A stretch of 64,000 nucleotides of DNA from an uncultured Burkholderiales bacterium. Lineage in GTDB: Bacteria > Bacteroidota > Bacteroidia > UBA8524. Location: positions 45,652 to 109,651 of the forward strand of contig CAZUIT010000004.1 of the NCBI GenBank assembly GCA_964620355.1, written 5' to 3'. Positions 29,203-39,376 of the stretch are shown piece by piece; within the stretch, counting starts at the first letter, position 1, and the number at the start of each line of letters is the position of its first letter. The notes beneath the pieces were generated by a model. The model did not search any database and was not told where the DNA came from. It saw nothing but the letters and a program-made list of their open reading frames with translations. A program made the position numbers and the translations under genes.

Positions 29203-29571
29203 TTGCGGTTGAAAATGAGTAGAAAAGAGCATCAAGCCATAAAATCCTGGCCCCAATATTTTGGGTTGTTCTTGCTATTGCTCATGCTTTCGGTCCAAAT
29301 GGTTTCTACCCAGTTCCTCAAAAAATCAGGAAACCTAGTAGACCTTGATGCAATTGCCTACTCAATTGAAACAGATGCTCCTTTAGAAGAACTGAATGGG
29401 AGTGAGGATAATTTCCTTTATTCACAGATTCTCTACTCCAAAAATCGCATGGAGGTGGCATTTCAATTGAATAATACGCTCATCTTTACCTGTGGTAGAG
29501 CCAATGTGCCCCATTTTAATCAGGCACGTTATATTCTATTCAGTAATCCCAAATTTGATTGTCTCGTCTAG
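29203..29571 (+). CDS. Hypothetical small membrane or secreted protein
   Basis: ORF with a hydrophobic N-terminal segment, located between the carbonic anhydrase and dabA. Confidence 0.3.
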   Translation: MRLKMSRKEHQAIKSWPQYFGLFLLLLMLSVQMVSTQFLKKSGNLVDLDAIAYSIETDAPLEELNGSEDNFLYSQILYSKNRMEVAFQLNNTLIFTCGRANVPHFNQARYILFSNPKFDCLV

Positions 29572-29724
29572 TCCCGGAAATTTAATCGGTTAACGCCGTA
29601 TTAGTATTTGGGCTTGATTATTCCGTTTTGCCATTAATTAATCACCGGTTCTGGCCGTTAAAGCGTTTTGGAACCGCCATCGGAATTCACGTAATCGTGG
29701 AACATTTTCAATCAAATTATATTC

Positions 29725-32229
29725 ATGTCACACAAGAAAGCATCGTTTTCTGAGCATGAGATTCTGCATAAGCTAAAGCATTATTTGCCGGCACAGTCCC
29801 CACTCAAAGACTTTATTCATCATAATACATTACATGCATTTCAAGACAGGCCTTTTCATGAGGCCGTTCACGAAGCATCTTCCTTATTTGGATACCATGT
29901 ATATCTGAGCCTCGAAGAATTCAGAGACCGTTATGCACAGGGTAAAATTAATCCAGACATCCTAACCCGCACCCTGATTGATAGCAAAGGAGCCGATTCG
30001 GTTGAAGCATGGATGGACAAATTACTTCATAAGACTTATGCGCTAGACCTAAGTCCTCGAGTAGGGGCCTTACGAAAGGAATGGAAGGAAAGGGCGCACG
30101 TAAACCTCGATAAAGAGGTGCATCCAATTTTGTTTCGACTTACTGGTGCCTATCTTGATCAAGGCATTGCAATCTGGCAATTTCCCAAGGTGAAAGGTGG
30201 TTTTTTAGCCTCCATTCGGGTTCTAGAATCTTCGGCGGTACGTGGGATTTTTAGAAGCCAACGGGTTAAAAAACTCTTGGAGGAAGAAAAGACTGGCCTT
30301 AGCGATTTACTCCAAATTATTGTTGGAAATGAGCATTACTACGACCAATATCTTTTCGACATGTCTTTCGCTCACCCGGGTTGGTCAGGCATGGTAGCCA
30401 TGGTGGAAGAAAAACCTGAGTCGTTGTTGGCAAGCAGACAAATTAGCCTGGAGTCTTTTATAATCTTAGAACTCCTTTTAGAAATCGATACCCTCGATCG
30501 GAAATGGGGGGAAAACTGGAAACCGCTGTTCCCTCGCTTAGAAATCCTTCCTCAACCTTTATTTGACCCGATTGAGCCTTCGGAATTATTTGAAGTCTAT
30601 GCCTTGTTTCAGGAAGCTCTGGAATGGACCTACTACGATGAGGTCATTCGTGGTCTCCAAAAAGGGCACGGTGCAGAGATTCGGAAGTCAACAGCTGACA
30701 ATCGATTTCAAGCCATGTTTTGTATCGATGATCGGGCATGTTCCTTGCGCCGACAGATAGAGGCAGAGGCCCCAAATAGTCAGACTTTCGGCACGGCGGG
30801 CTTTTTTAATGTGGCCTTTTATTTTCAGCCTGAGCACAGTAAATTCTATACAAAAGTTTGTCCGGCACCGGTCACACCCAAGCACCTCATCAAAGAATCG
30901 GAAGCTTCCATGCGCCACGAGAAAGATGCGCATTTTCACCGTCATTCTTCGGGCTTATTGGGTGGATGGATTATTTCGCAGACCCTCGGCTTTTGGTCGG
31001 CAATAAAGATGGCTGTGGGAATATTCCGTCCTGCCGAATCGCCGGCTATGGTTTCCTCTTTTAAGCATATGGATCCACAGGGTAAACTAACGATCGAATG
31101 CGATGCTGAATGCCCGAATGAAGGAAGTTTACAAGTGGGATACACGCTTTCGGAGATGGTCGATTGTATGGAAGGCCTCCTTAAAAGTATAGGACTCACC
31201 TCGGACTTTGCCCCATTGGTATACATTATTGGGCATGGAGCGAGTAGCGTAAATAATACCCATTATGCGGGATATGATTGTGGCGCATGTAGCGGCCGAG
31301 CAGGTTCCGTAAACGGGCGCGTGGCAGCATCCATGCTCAATCGGAGTGATGTTCAGCTGCTCTTGGGAGATAGAGGTATTTCCATCCCAAAAAACACCCA
31401 GTTTATAGGGGGCTTACATGATACTACTCGCGATGAAATGGACTTCTATGATCTGGATATTCTTTCTAAAGAGAACCTGATTCAACACTTGGCCCATGTA
31501 AAAGTATTCGACACCGCACTAGATAATAATGCCAAAGAACGTTCCCGCCGATTCTTATTGACCGATTCCAATAAAGATGCAGAGCAGGTGCATAAAAGCA
31601 TCAAACTTCGTGCGCTTTCTTTGTTTGAACCTCGTCCGGAATGGAACCATGCAACCAATAGCCTTTGTCTTGTAGGACGTCGCGCTACAAATAAGCACCT
31701 GTTTCTAGATCGCAGAGCCTTCTTAAACTCCTATGATTATCAGGTTGACCCTAATGGAGAGTGGCTCCTTGGAATTCTCAATGCCGTGGCCCCAGTTTGT
31801 GGAGGGATTAACTTGGAGTATTATTTCTCGCGGGTAGACAACTATCGTCTAGGTGCTGGTTCCAAGTTGCCTCATAATGTGGTGGGCTTAATTGGGGTTG
31901 CCAATGGAATGGATGGAGATTTACGTCCTGGTTTGCCCTTACAGATGATTAATATCCACGAGCCCCTGCGATTGATGGTGACGGTTGAACATCATCCGGA
32001 AATTGTTTTGGCAATCATCAAGAAGAACCCAGCTACGTATGAGTGGTTTGAAAATGATTGGGTGGCATTGGTCGTGAATGATCCTGACTCCGGAGAGGTT
32101 TTCCGCTTTAGAAATGGCGCATTTGAACCTTATTACCCATTAGGTCAAGAGCCTAAGATGATCGACAATTTGGTTGACGTATTCGAAAAAGAGGAGGATA
32201 ACCTTCCTGTTTACATACTAAGCGCATAA
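29725..32229 (+). CDS. dabA: DUF2309 / DabA-like subunit of a DAB-type CO2-uptake complex
   Basis: 834 aa. FCIDDRACS is a beta-CA-like CxDxR motif. GHGASSVNNTHYAGYDCGAC supplies a His with a Cys 15 residues later, matching the zinc ligands reported for DabA. A NuoL-like gene follows 2 nt downstream. Confidence 0.8.
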   Translation: MSHKKASFSEHEILHKLKHYLPAQSPLKDFIHHNTLHAFQDRPFHEAVHEASSLFGYHVYLSLEEFRDRYAQGKINPDILTRTLIDSKGADSVEAWMDKLLHKTYALDLSPRVGALRKEWKERAHVNLDKEVHPILFRLTGAYLDQGIAIWQFPKVKGGFLASIRVLESSAVRGIFRSQRVKKLLEEEKTGLSDLLQIIVGNEHYYDQYLFDMSFAHPGWSGMVAMVEEKPESLLASRQISLESFIILELLLEIDTLDRKWGENWKPLFPRLEILPQPLFDPIEPSELFEVYALFQEALEWTYYDEVIRGLQKGHGAEIRKSTADNRFQAMFCIDDRACSLRRQIEAEAPNSQTFGTAGFFNVAFYFQPEHSKFYTKVCPAPVTPKHLIKESEASMRHEKDAHFHRHSSGLLGGWIISQTLGFWSAIKMAVGIFRPAESPAMVSSFKHMDPQGKLTIECDAECPNEGSLQVGYTLSEMVDCMEGLLKSIGLTSDFAPLVYIIGHGASSVNNTHYAGYDCGACSGRAGSVNGRVAASMLNRSDVQLLLGDRGISIPKNTQFIGGLHDTTRDEMDFYDLDILSKENLIQHLAHVKVFDTALDNNAKERSRRFLLTDSNKDAEQVHKSIKLRALSLFEPRPEWNHATNSLCLVGRRATNKHLFLDRRAFLNSYDYQVDPNGEWLLGILNAVAPVCGGINLEYYFSRVDNYRLGAGSKLPHNVVGLIGVANGMDGDLRPGLPLQMINIHEPLRLMVTVEHHPEIVLAIIKKNPATYEWFENDWVALVVNDPDSGEVFRFRNGAFEPYYPLGQEPKMIDNLVDVFEKEEDNLPVYILSA

Positions 32230-32231
32230 AG

Positions 32232-34109
32232 ATGGAAGCCAATTATTTCATTGCCAGTTTTGTGCTGATTCCGATGTTTGGGTTTCTCATTTCGCTATTC
32301 CTGCCGGAAAGAAAAGAGATGGCCTTGTCGAGACTTGCTTTTTATACCGTAGGCTTGCAATTGCTCATTGCGGTGGGTTTCTCCCTTGTATGGTTATGGC
32401 AAGGTGCGGAGGCATTTAATATAAAGGAGCTGTCACTGTATGATTCAGAGGCTTATCGATTTCTGATTGATTTTTATTTCGACAAGGTCACAGCTGTATA
32501 CTTGATTGTGGGGTCATTCGTTACTTTCCTTATCACCCGTTACAGTGGCTATTACCTCCATATGGAGGCGGGGTATAAACGCTTTTTCAATACCATCCTA
32601 TTCTTTTATTTGGCCTATAACTTTACGGTGCTCTCAGGGAATTTTGAGACACTTTTTATTGGCTGGGAGATGCTCGGGATTTCTTCCTTTTTGCTGATTG
32701 CTTTTTACCGTGAACGCTATTTGCCTGTTCGGAATGCAGTAAAGGTTTTTTCAATCTACCGTATCGGGGATGTTGGGATACTGCTGGCCATGTGGGCAAT
32801 GCATCACCTATGGCACGACAATATCACATTCTCTCGCTTGCATAACTATGAGTTGGTCCATGATCAATTGATGGGGCATTCGGGTATTGGGATGTTCATC
32901 GCAATTTGTCTGCTCATTGCGGCAGCTGCGAAATCGGCACAATTGCCTTTTTCCTCTTGGCTTCCGCGTGCGATGGAAGGTCCAACCCCTTCGTCGGCCA
33001 TTTTTTATGGTTCTCTGTCGGTACATTTTGGCGTTTTCCTGCTCTTGCGCACCTTTCCGTTTTGGGAGCATCAACTCTCTGCTCGAATCTTAATCGGAGT
33101 ACTCGGCTTAACAACGGCAATTGTGGCCTTTCTTATCGCTCGGGTACAATCCACTATTAAGACGCAGATTGCCTATGCCTCCATCTCCCAAATTGGAATC
33201 ATGTTCATCGAAGTGGCACTCGGACTGGAGAATCTGGTTTTACTGCATTTTGCAGGCAATGCCTTTCTCAGAACATACCAGTTGCTGGTGTCTCCTTCGG
33301 TGGTGAGCTATATGATTCGCGACCAGTTCTATAATTACCAAAAAGAAGAGGTGGGCAGGAAGGTGAATTTACCAAGCCGCATCCAACGTTCGTTTTACCT
33401 GCTTTCACTTAAGGAGTGGAACCTTGATCGACTATTGAATAAATACATCTTCCGCTTCATTAAATTCTTAGGACGGAAGCTGGATTTCATCACGCCTAAA
33501 AATGCGCTATACGTAGTTGTTCCAATTTATTTATTGGGCATTTGGTTATACCTGAATCAGGAGTTTTTAAGCCAAGAAGTATTTGAAAACCTCCCTGAAA
33601 TTTTCTCGCTGTTTGGGTTGTTACTGGTATTTAAGTCCTTTTCAGAACGCCGTTATCCATGGCTTGCTTGGGTATTGGTAGCCATGGGGCATTTCTGGGT
33701 AGCCTTGGCAATTTCTTTCAATGAACATTTCGACTTCAACCATTCCGTACTCTACCTGAGTGGCGTCGTTGGTGGTGGCCTAGTAGGGCTCGTTTGCTTG
33801 AATCTGCTGAAGCAACGTGAACCAAATTATTATGACTTGAATACCTATTACGGCCATGTATATGAACATCCGAGATTGGCGATGATCTTTTTGATTTCCG
33901 CATTGTGTTTGATGGGATTTCCAATCAGCATGACTTTTATCGGAGAGGATTTGATCTTTAGTCATATCCATCAGGACCAGTACATCTTGGCTATTTTTAA
34001 TTCATTCAGTTACGTGATTGGCGGCATTGCGCTGGTACGCATTTATTCCCGGCTCTTTTTAGGGCCACATATTAAAACCTATCATTCTACTCCATTAAAA
34101 TCATCTTAA
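32232..34109 (+). CDS. dabB: NuoL/MnhA-like proton-pumping membrane subunit (Proton_antipo_M family), DabB-like
   Basis: 625 aa and polytopic, with the GWEMLGISSFLLIAFY motif of complex-I antiporter-like subunits. Confidence 0.75.
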   Translation: MEANYFIASFVLIPMFGFLISLFLPERKEMALSRLAFYTVGLQLLIAVGFSLVWLWQGAEAFNIKELSLYDSEAYRFLIDFYFDKVTAVYLIVGSFVTFLITRYSGYYLHMEAGYKRFFNTILFFYLAYNFTVLSGNFETLFIGWEMLGISSFLLIAFYRERYLPVRNAVKVFSIYRIGDVGILLAMWAMHHLWHDNITFSRLHNYELVHDQLMGHSGIGMFIAICLLIAAAAKSAQLPFSSWLPRAMEGPTPSSAIFYGSLSVHFGVFLLLRTFPFWEHQLSARILIGVLGLTTAIVAFLIARVQSTIKTQIAYASISQIGIMFIEVALGLENLVLLHFAGNAFLRTYQLLVSPSVVSYMIRDQFYNYQKEEVGRKVNLPSRIQRSFYLLSLKEWNLDRLLNKYIFRFIKFLGRKLDFITPKNALYVVVPIYLLGIWLYLNQEFLSQEVFENLPEIFSLFGLLLVFKSFSERRYPWLAWVLVAMGHFWVALAISFNEHFDFNHSVLYLSGVVGGGLVGLVCLNLLKQREPNYYDLNTYYGHVYEHPRLAMIFLISALCLMGFPISMTFIGEDLIFSHIHQDQYILAIFNSFSYVIGGIALVRIYSRLFLGPHIKTYHSTPLKSS

Positions 34110-34126
34110 CCCCAACCTAACGTATC

Positions 34127-35716
34127 ATGCATACAGATAATATAAAAGTTCCAGCTTCTGGACTTCAAGGATTCAAAGAAAATTGGAAATCCGATATTCT
34201 TCCGGGGTTCCTCGTATTTTTATTAGCATTACCCCTTAGCTTGGGAATTGCGAAGGCCAGCGGTTTCCCTGCTGCTATGGGTGTACTCACTGCCATGATT
34301 GGTGGAATATTCGTTAGCTTTTTTAAGGTTTCTGAACTTACTATCAAAGGCCCAGCTGCTGGATTGATTACCGTTTGTGCAGCGTCTATCGCAGCCATGG
34401 GGGGTGGCGATATTGGTTGGCATGCTACAGGTGCGATTATCGTAACGATGGCAGCGCTACAAATTGTATTCGCCTACCTCAAGTTTGGTTCGTTTAGTGA
34501 TTTTTTCCCCCATTCAGCGGTGCATGGAATGCTTGCGGCTATCGGCTTAATCATCATCGCCAAACAAATCCCAGTGCTCTTGGGTGATGACCCAATGACT
34601 TACAAAGGAGAAGGTCCTATTGAGTTGTTTATGGATATTCCTCGCTTTATTCAGGCCGCCCATTGGCATATTGCACTAATTGGAATTATAAGCTTAGTGA
34701 TTCTTTTCGGATTACCCATGCTCAAGATTAATTTCTTGAAAAAAGTTCCTGCACCAATGATTGTGCTATTGATGGCCATTCCTTTGGCTATTTCCATGCA
34801 TTTCAGGGAAGATGAGCCTGCATATTCTATGGTAACGGTGGGTGATTTCTGGGAAAACGTAAAGGTACAAGTCGATTTTTCTAGCATTGGAACCATGACC
34901 TTTTGGAAATTTGTGTTCATGTTCCTTTTTGTGAATAGTTTAGAGTCCTTACTTACAGTCAAGGCAATTGATAATCTGGATCCATTCAAGCGGGAATCGA
35001 GCTATAACGGTGACTTAAAAGCGCTGGGTGCCGGAAATGCACTTGCCGGCTTATTAGGTGGTTTGCCAATGATTTCTGAAGTGGTACGTAGCTCAGCTAA
35101 CGTTGGGTTTGGAGCGAGAACAAAATGGTCGAATTTCTTCCATGGGATTTTTCTTTTCCTCGCCATGCTTTTAGTGATTCCGGTAATTGAGATGATCCCG
35201 AATACAGCCTTAGCAGCTATGCTAATCTACGCGGGTTATCGCCTAGCTGCACCACGTGAATTCTTCAATACCTACAAAATTGGGAAGGAACAATTAGCGA
35301 TTTTCTTGGTTACCATTTTAGTGACTTTACTCGAAGACTTGCTCTTAGGAATTGCTGCCGGAATCCTAATGAAATTTATTTTCCACCTTGCCAATGGAGC
35401 ACCACTTGCCAGCTTGTTTAAAGCGAACTATGTGGTAGAACAAACAGAAAACAAAACGACGATTAACATTAGCGGGTCGGCCGTATTCTCCAATTTGCTG
35501 GGCTATAAAAAGGTCCTGAATAATTTGCCTGAGAAACAAAAAGTGGTAGTGAATTTTGCCACAACGCGTTTGGTGGATCATTCCTTTATGCATTTTGTAA
35601 ACCATTTCGAAAGAGAGTACAATTTTCGCGGTGGAAATTTTAGCATCGTCGGTCTTGAAAATCATACCGCACTTTCCGGTCATGAGCTTGCTACACGTAA
35701 ATTGAAAAAAGTATAA
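34127..35716 (+). CDS. Second SulP-family anion transporter with a STAS domain
   Basis: SulP N-terminal signature and a C-terminal STAS-like domain, 17 nt after dabB. Confidence 0.85.
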   Translation: MHTDNIKVPASGLQGFKENWKSDILPGFLVFLLALPLSLGIAKASGFPAAMGVLTAMIGGIFVSFFKVSELTIKGPAAGLITVCAASIAAMGGGDIGWHATGAIIVTMAALQIVFAYLKFGSFSDFFPHSAVHGMLAAIGLIIIAKQIPVLLGDDPMTYKGEGPIELFMDIPRFIQAAHWHIALIGIISLVILFGLPMLKINFLKKVPAPMIVLLMAIPLAISMHFREDEPAYSMVTVGDFWENVKVQVDFSSIGTMTFWKFVFMFLFVNSLESLLTVKAIDNLDPFKRESSYNGDLKALGAGNALAGLLGGLPMISEVVRSSANVGFGARTKWSNFFHGIFLFLAMLLVIPVIEMIPNTALAAMLIYAGYRLAAPREFFNTYKIGKEQLAIFLVTILVTLLEDLLLGIAAGILMKFIFHLANGAPLASLFKANYVVEQTENKTTINISGSAVFSNLLGYKKVLNNLPEKQKVVVNFATTRLVDHSFMHFVNHFEREYNFRGGNFSIVGLENHTALSGHELATRKLKKV

Positions 35717-35795
35717 TTGCTCAATGGAATCCTATCTAATGAGAATATTGACAAGAAAGAGGTCGTTGATAAAACAACGAATAATTTCAATTTCT

Positions 35796-37145
35796 ATGAA
35801 AAAAATTTTGATTTCGGTGCTTGCGCTGTTCCCTGCAGTGGCACTCGCACAAAACAAAGATTTGCGTGTAAATCTCAATGAAGACGGTTCACATTATTTC
35901 AAATTTATGGGTCTCTCCCAAGTCTGGTTGCGCTATGATCAAAGCAATCCAGGCTCGACTATGTATGGGGATGAGGTTGAATCCACCTACGATATAGGAA
36001 TTCGCCGACTTCGATTTCAGGCGTATGGACAACTGAGTGATCGGGTATTTGTCTATACCCAATTTGGACAAAACAACCTAAATCGTATGGCCTCGCGAAA
36101 AACGGGTGGATTTTTCCATGATGCCATTGTAGAATATGCCGCGGTCAAGAGAAAGCTTTCTTTGGGTGCTGGTATGACGGGCTGGAGCGGATTGAGTAGG
36201 TATGCCAGTCCGAGTGTGGGTAGTATTTTGAGTCTTGATGCTCCGCTTTACCAGCAAGCTACTAACGACATAAATGATATCTTCTTAAGGAAGCTCAGTG
36301 TTTATGCCAAGGGTAAATTGGGCAAATTGGATTACCGCGTTGCTATCACAAATCCATTCCCTGTGCAAAGTGCAACGACTGGGATTAATGGCTCCTTGGT
36401 TGGTGCGGTAGATACTATTATCACGACCAATTCAACCTTTAATCCGCGAAAAGCCAAAGCTCAATTTCAGGGTTATTTCATGTACCAGTTTAAGGATGAA
36501 GAGAGCAATCTCACTCCATATACCACTGGAACATACCACGGCAAAAAAGACGTGTTTAACATCGGGGTTGGCTTCATTTATCAAGCTCAAGCTACGAGAA
36601 GAGCACTGGAGTTTAATGACTCATTGGGCTTCCAGGGGGGAGAAACAAACGACATGCTTTTACTATGTGTCGATATGTTCTATGATCATCCAATAAACGA
36701 AGAAAAAGGAACGGCTCTAACCTTGTATGGATCGTTTTCTAGCTATGATTTTGGACCCGGCTACTTGCGTTATACCGGAGTAATGAATCCAACGAATGGA
36801 CTTACCACCGGCAATTACCAAAAAGGCAATAATGGAAATGCATTCCCAATGATTGGTACCGGTCAAATCATCTATATCCAAGGAGGCTATAAGTTAAAAA
36901 ACGAACTATTCGGCAAGCAAGGCACTTTGCAACCATACGCCGATATGATGCTTGCCAATTACGATCGATTGAACGGTCCTATGGCAGTCTATGAAGCGGG
37001 TATAAATTGGTTAATTACTGGACATAGCGCCAAGATGACTTTGGGCTTGCAAAACAGGCCAGTTTTTAATCCCGACCTGAATGGAACTTTAACAGAACAA
37101 GGAAGAAAGAGCATGATTACGCTCCAATACCAAATTAGCATTTAA
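35796..37145 (+). CDS. Predicted outer-membrane beta-barrel porin, possibly anion-selective (phosphate-porin-like)
   Basis: Signal peptide MKKILISVLALFPAVALAQ. The sequence has beta-strand-rich alternating hydrophobicity and an aromatic-rich C-terminus. The start is trimmed from the 35724 extension. Confidence 0.45.
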   Translation: MKKILISVLALFPAVALAQNKDLRVNLNEDGSHYFKFMGLSQVWLRYDQSNPGSTMYGDEVESTYDIGIRRLRFQAYGQLSDRVFVYTQFGQNNLNRMASRKTGGFFHDAIVEYAAVKRKLSLGAGMTGWSGLSRYASPSVGSILSLDAPLYQQATNDINDIFLRKLSVYAKGKLGKLDYRVAITNPFPVQSATTGINGSLVGAVDTIITTNSTFNPRKAKAQFQGYFMYQFKDEESNLTPYTTGTYHGKKDVFNIGVGFIYQAQATRRALEFNDSLGFQGGETNDMLLLCVDMFYDHPINEEKGTALTLYGSFSSYDFGPGYLRYTGVMNPTNGLTTGNYQKGNNGNAFPMIGTGQIIYIQGGYKLKNELFGKQGTLQPYADMMLANYDRLNGPMAVYEAGINWLITGHSAKMTLGLQNRPVFNPDLNGTLTEQGRKSMITLQYQISI

Positions 37146-37185
37146 GACTGAGGGTTTACCAGACAGCGAAAATCGGTTAATCCCT

Positions 37186-37219
37186 GAAGCCGCAACTTAG
37201 GTTGCGGCTTTTCTTTTTT
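37186..37219 (+). terminator. Rho-independent terminator after the porin gene
   Basis: GAAGCCGCAAC-TTAG-GTTGCGGCTT followed by TTCTTTTTTG. Confidence 0.6.
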
Positions 37220-37328
37220 GTACAGTCACCCTGACCGGTGATTTTTTTGCAGCGGACCGCGGTCTATCGACAGTCGACCTTTTTACAACAAAACCTTATC
37301 TTCGCCGCGCTAAAAACACAAAAAACAC

Positions 37329-37934
37329 ATGGCTCAACTCACAATTGTAAGACACGGACAATCAGAATGGAATTTGCAAAATCGCTTCACTGGATGGGAA
37401 GATGTTTCCCTCACCGATAAAGGACGTGAGGAAGCAAAAGCAGCAGGGGAGACCTTGAAAAACTATCAATTTGATGAAGCCTATACTTCCAACTTAAAAC
37501 GTGCGCAAAATACCTTGGCCATGATTTTAGAAGTGAGCGGACAACAAAATATTCCTACAACTCGCAATGAAGCTTTGAATGAACGTCATTATGGTGATCT
37601 TCAGGGATTAGATAAAGCAGAGACCGCCCTCAAGTTCGGAGATGATCAAGTGCATATCTGGAGAAGAAGTTTTGATGTAGCTCCTCCAAATGGAGAAAGC
37701 TTGAAAGATACTGCTGCTCGTGTTTTACCGTATTATGAAGCGGAAATTGAACCTAAATTGAAGGCTGGTGAAAACATCATCATTGCAGCTCATGGAAATA
37801 GTCTACGCGCATTGATTATGCATATCGAAAAACTAACTCCAGAGCAAATCTTGCAACGTGAAATTGGAACGGCGCGCCCTATCGTCTATACTTTTGATGC
37901 AGACTTGAACGTAGACGGTATCGAGGAATTTTAA
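37329..37934 (+). CDS. gpmA: Histidine-phosphatase-family phosphoglycerate mutase (2,3-BPG-dependent type)
   Basis: The N-terminus [25 protein letters not shown] is the dPGM signature. Confidence 0.7.
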   Translation: MAQLTIVRHGQSEWNLQNRFTGWEDVSLTDKGREEAKAAGETLKNYQFDEAYTSNLKRAQNTLAMILEVSGQQNIPTTRNEALNERHYGDLQGLDKAETALKFGDDQVHIWRRSFDVAPPNGESLKDTAARVLPYYEAEIEPKLKAGENIIIAAHGNSLRALIMHIEKLTPEQILQREIGTARPIVYTFDADLNVDGIEEF

Positions 37935-37961
37935 TTGTTATAAATAGAAGGGGTAGTTGAA

Positions 37962-38528
37962 CTACTCCTTCCATTTAATCATATCTGCTACTGGTCTCCG
38001 AATGGACTGAGGGATCGTATCATAAGTGATTCCAGCCAAGAAATATCCGAGGGCTTTTTCGTTTTCGGCCAATTCAAAATAGGCGTGCATTTCTTCGCCA
38101 AAAACCCCATTTCCAGTGCTCCAATAGCCATGGTATCCTTGGTCCTGTAAACTTAGCCAGAAGTTCTGAATGGCAGCTGCAGTTGCGCAGGTTTCTTCCA
38201 CTTCTGGAACCATTCCGGTATAATGACAGGCCATCGCAATAATATGGCTCGATTTCTTCATGAATTGATATTTGGCTTGGTGGTCTACCGTCCAAATTTC
38301 TCCTTTGGCTTCCACATTTCTTCTAGCCATTTTTGCCCATTGGTCCACCAATTTAATCATTGAAGCACCTCCATAAACAATAAAACGCCATGGTTGGGTG
38401 CGTTTATGTGTAGGTGCCCAATTGGCTGCCTCAAAGGCTTTTTCTAGTGCTTCCTTTGGAATAGAATCACCACTGAATTGTCTCGGGTAAACCGAGCGTC
38501 TTTTTAAAAGTATCTCTTGAACTTCCAT
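37962..38528 (-). CDS. Nitroreductase-family protein
   Basis: LKRRSVYPRQF...ANWAPTHKRTQPWRF is the nitroreductase fold signature. Confidence 0.8.
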   Translation of the reverse strand: MEVQEILLKRRSVYPRQFSGDSIPKEALEKAFEAANWAPTHKRTQPWRFIVYGGASMIKLVDQWAKMARRNVEAKGEIWTVDHQAKYQFMKKSSHIIAMACHYTGMVPEVEETCATAAAIQNFWLSLQDQGYHGYWSTGNGVFGEEMHAYFELAENEKALGYFLAGITYDTIPQSIRRPVADMIKWKE

Positions 38529-38872
38529 TAATTTCCTCTTTTTGTGTGCTTGAATCCTTTGCCGAGCAAATACTTCACCACCTTATCCCGCTGGTCACCT
38601 TGAATGACAATTTCACCGTCTTTGGCAGAACCGCCGGTTCCACAGGTCGTTTTAAGTTTTTTTGTCAGCTCCTCTTTGTCATCCTGACTACCAATAAAGT
38701 TATGTACGATGGTTACGTCTTTCCCACCACGTCCTTTGCGTTCCAGCATCACGCGAAGCTTCTGTGATTCTGGCGAAAGCGTTTCTTCATCCGATTCTTC
38801 AAATCCTTGATATTCGAAATCAGGCTCCGTGGAGAATACTATGCCGTCGCGTTTTTTATTCTTATTACTCAT
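38528..38872 (-). CDS. yciH: Translation initiation factor SUI1 / YciH
   Basis: 114 aa. VMLERKGRGGKDVTIV...KLKTTCGTGGSAKDGEIVIQGDQRDKV is the SUI1 domain. Confidence 0.85.
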   Translation of the reverse strand: MSNKNKKRDGIVFSTEPDFEYQGFEESDEETLSPESQKLRVMLERKGRGGKDVTIVHNFIGSQDDKEELTKKLKTTCGTGGSAKDGEIVIQGDQRDKVVKYLLGKGFKHTKRGN

Positions 38873-39376
38873 TCTATTTGTGATTTATGAGTTGTGATTT
38901 GTGAATTAAAAGTTCTGGATGCTGTGTTGAATCGAGAACAAGTCGCAAGTTAGGAAAAAGAGATGAGGGGAGAGGTTTCGAGATTTCGAGGGGTTGGTCC
39001 CTGAGCTGCCAGATGTGGCTTTGACTTACTACAAATTTCACGGCTAGTCGAAGGGCAATTTTTCGGGCTTTCCGGTCACTGACTACGTGCGCCGAAGCTG
39101 ACGAAGGAAGCGAAGGTGCAGCGGCCTTACGTTTTTTCAGTCTTAACGAAAAAGTAATGGTCAGTCGAAGTGTGAGGAGGTCAGACTACTAGACTTTCAG
39201 ACAATCAGATACCAGACAAAAAGAACAAGGAATTTGGCTGGATGCTTCAGCTTCCAGCGTTTAATGCAGAAGAATAGCAGTTTTAAAAACGAAGCCTATT
39301 CGTCCATGTAAAAATGAAATTGTCTTTTGTCTAGCCATCTAGCTCTCACTGACTTTTACTATAATTTATATTCATC

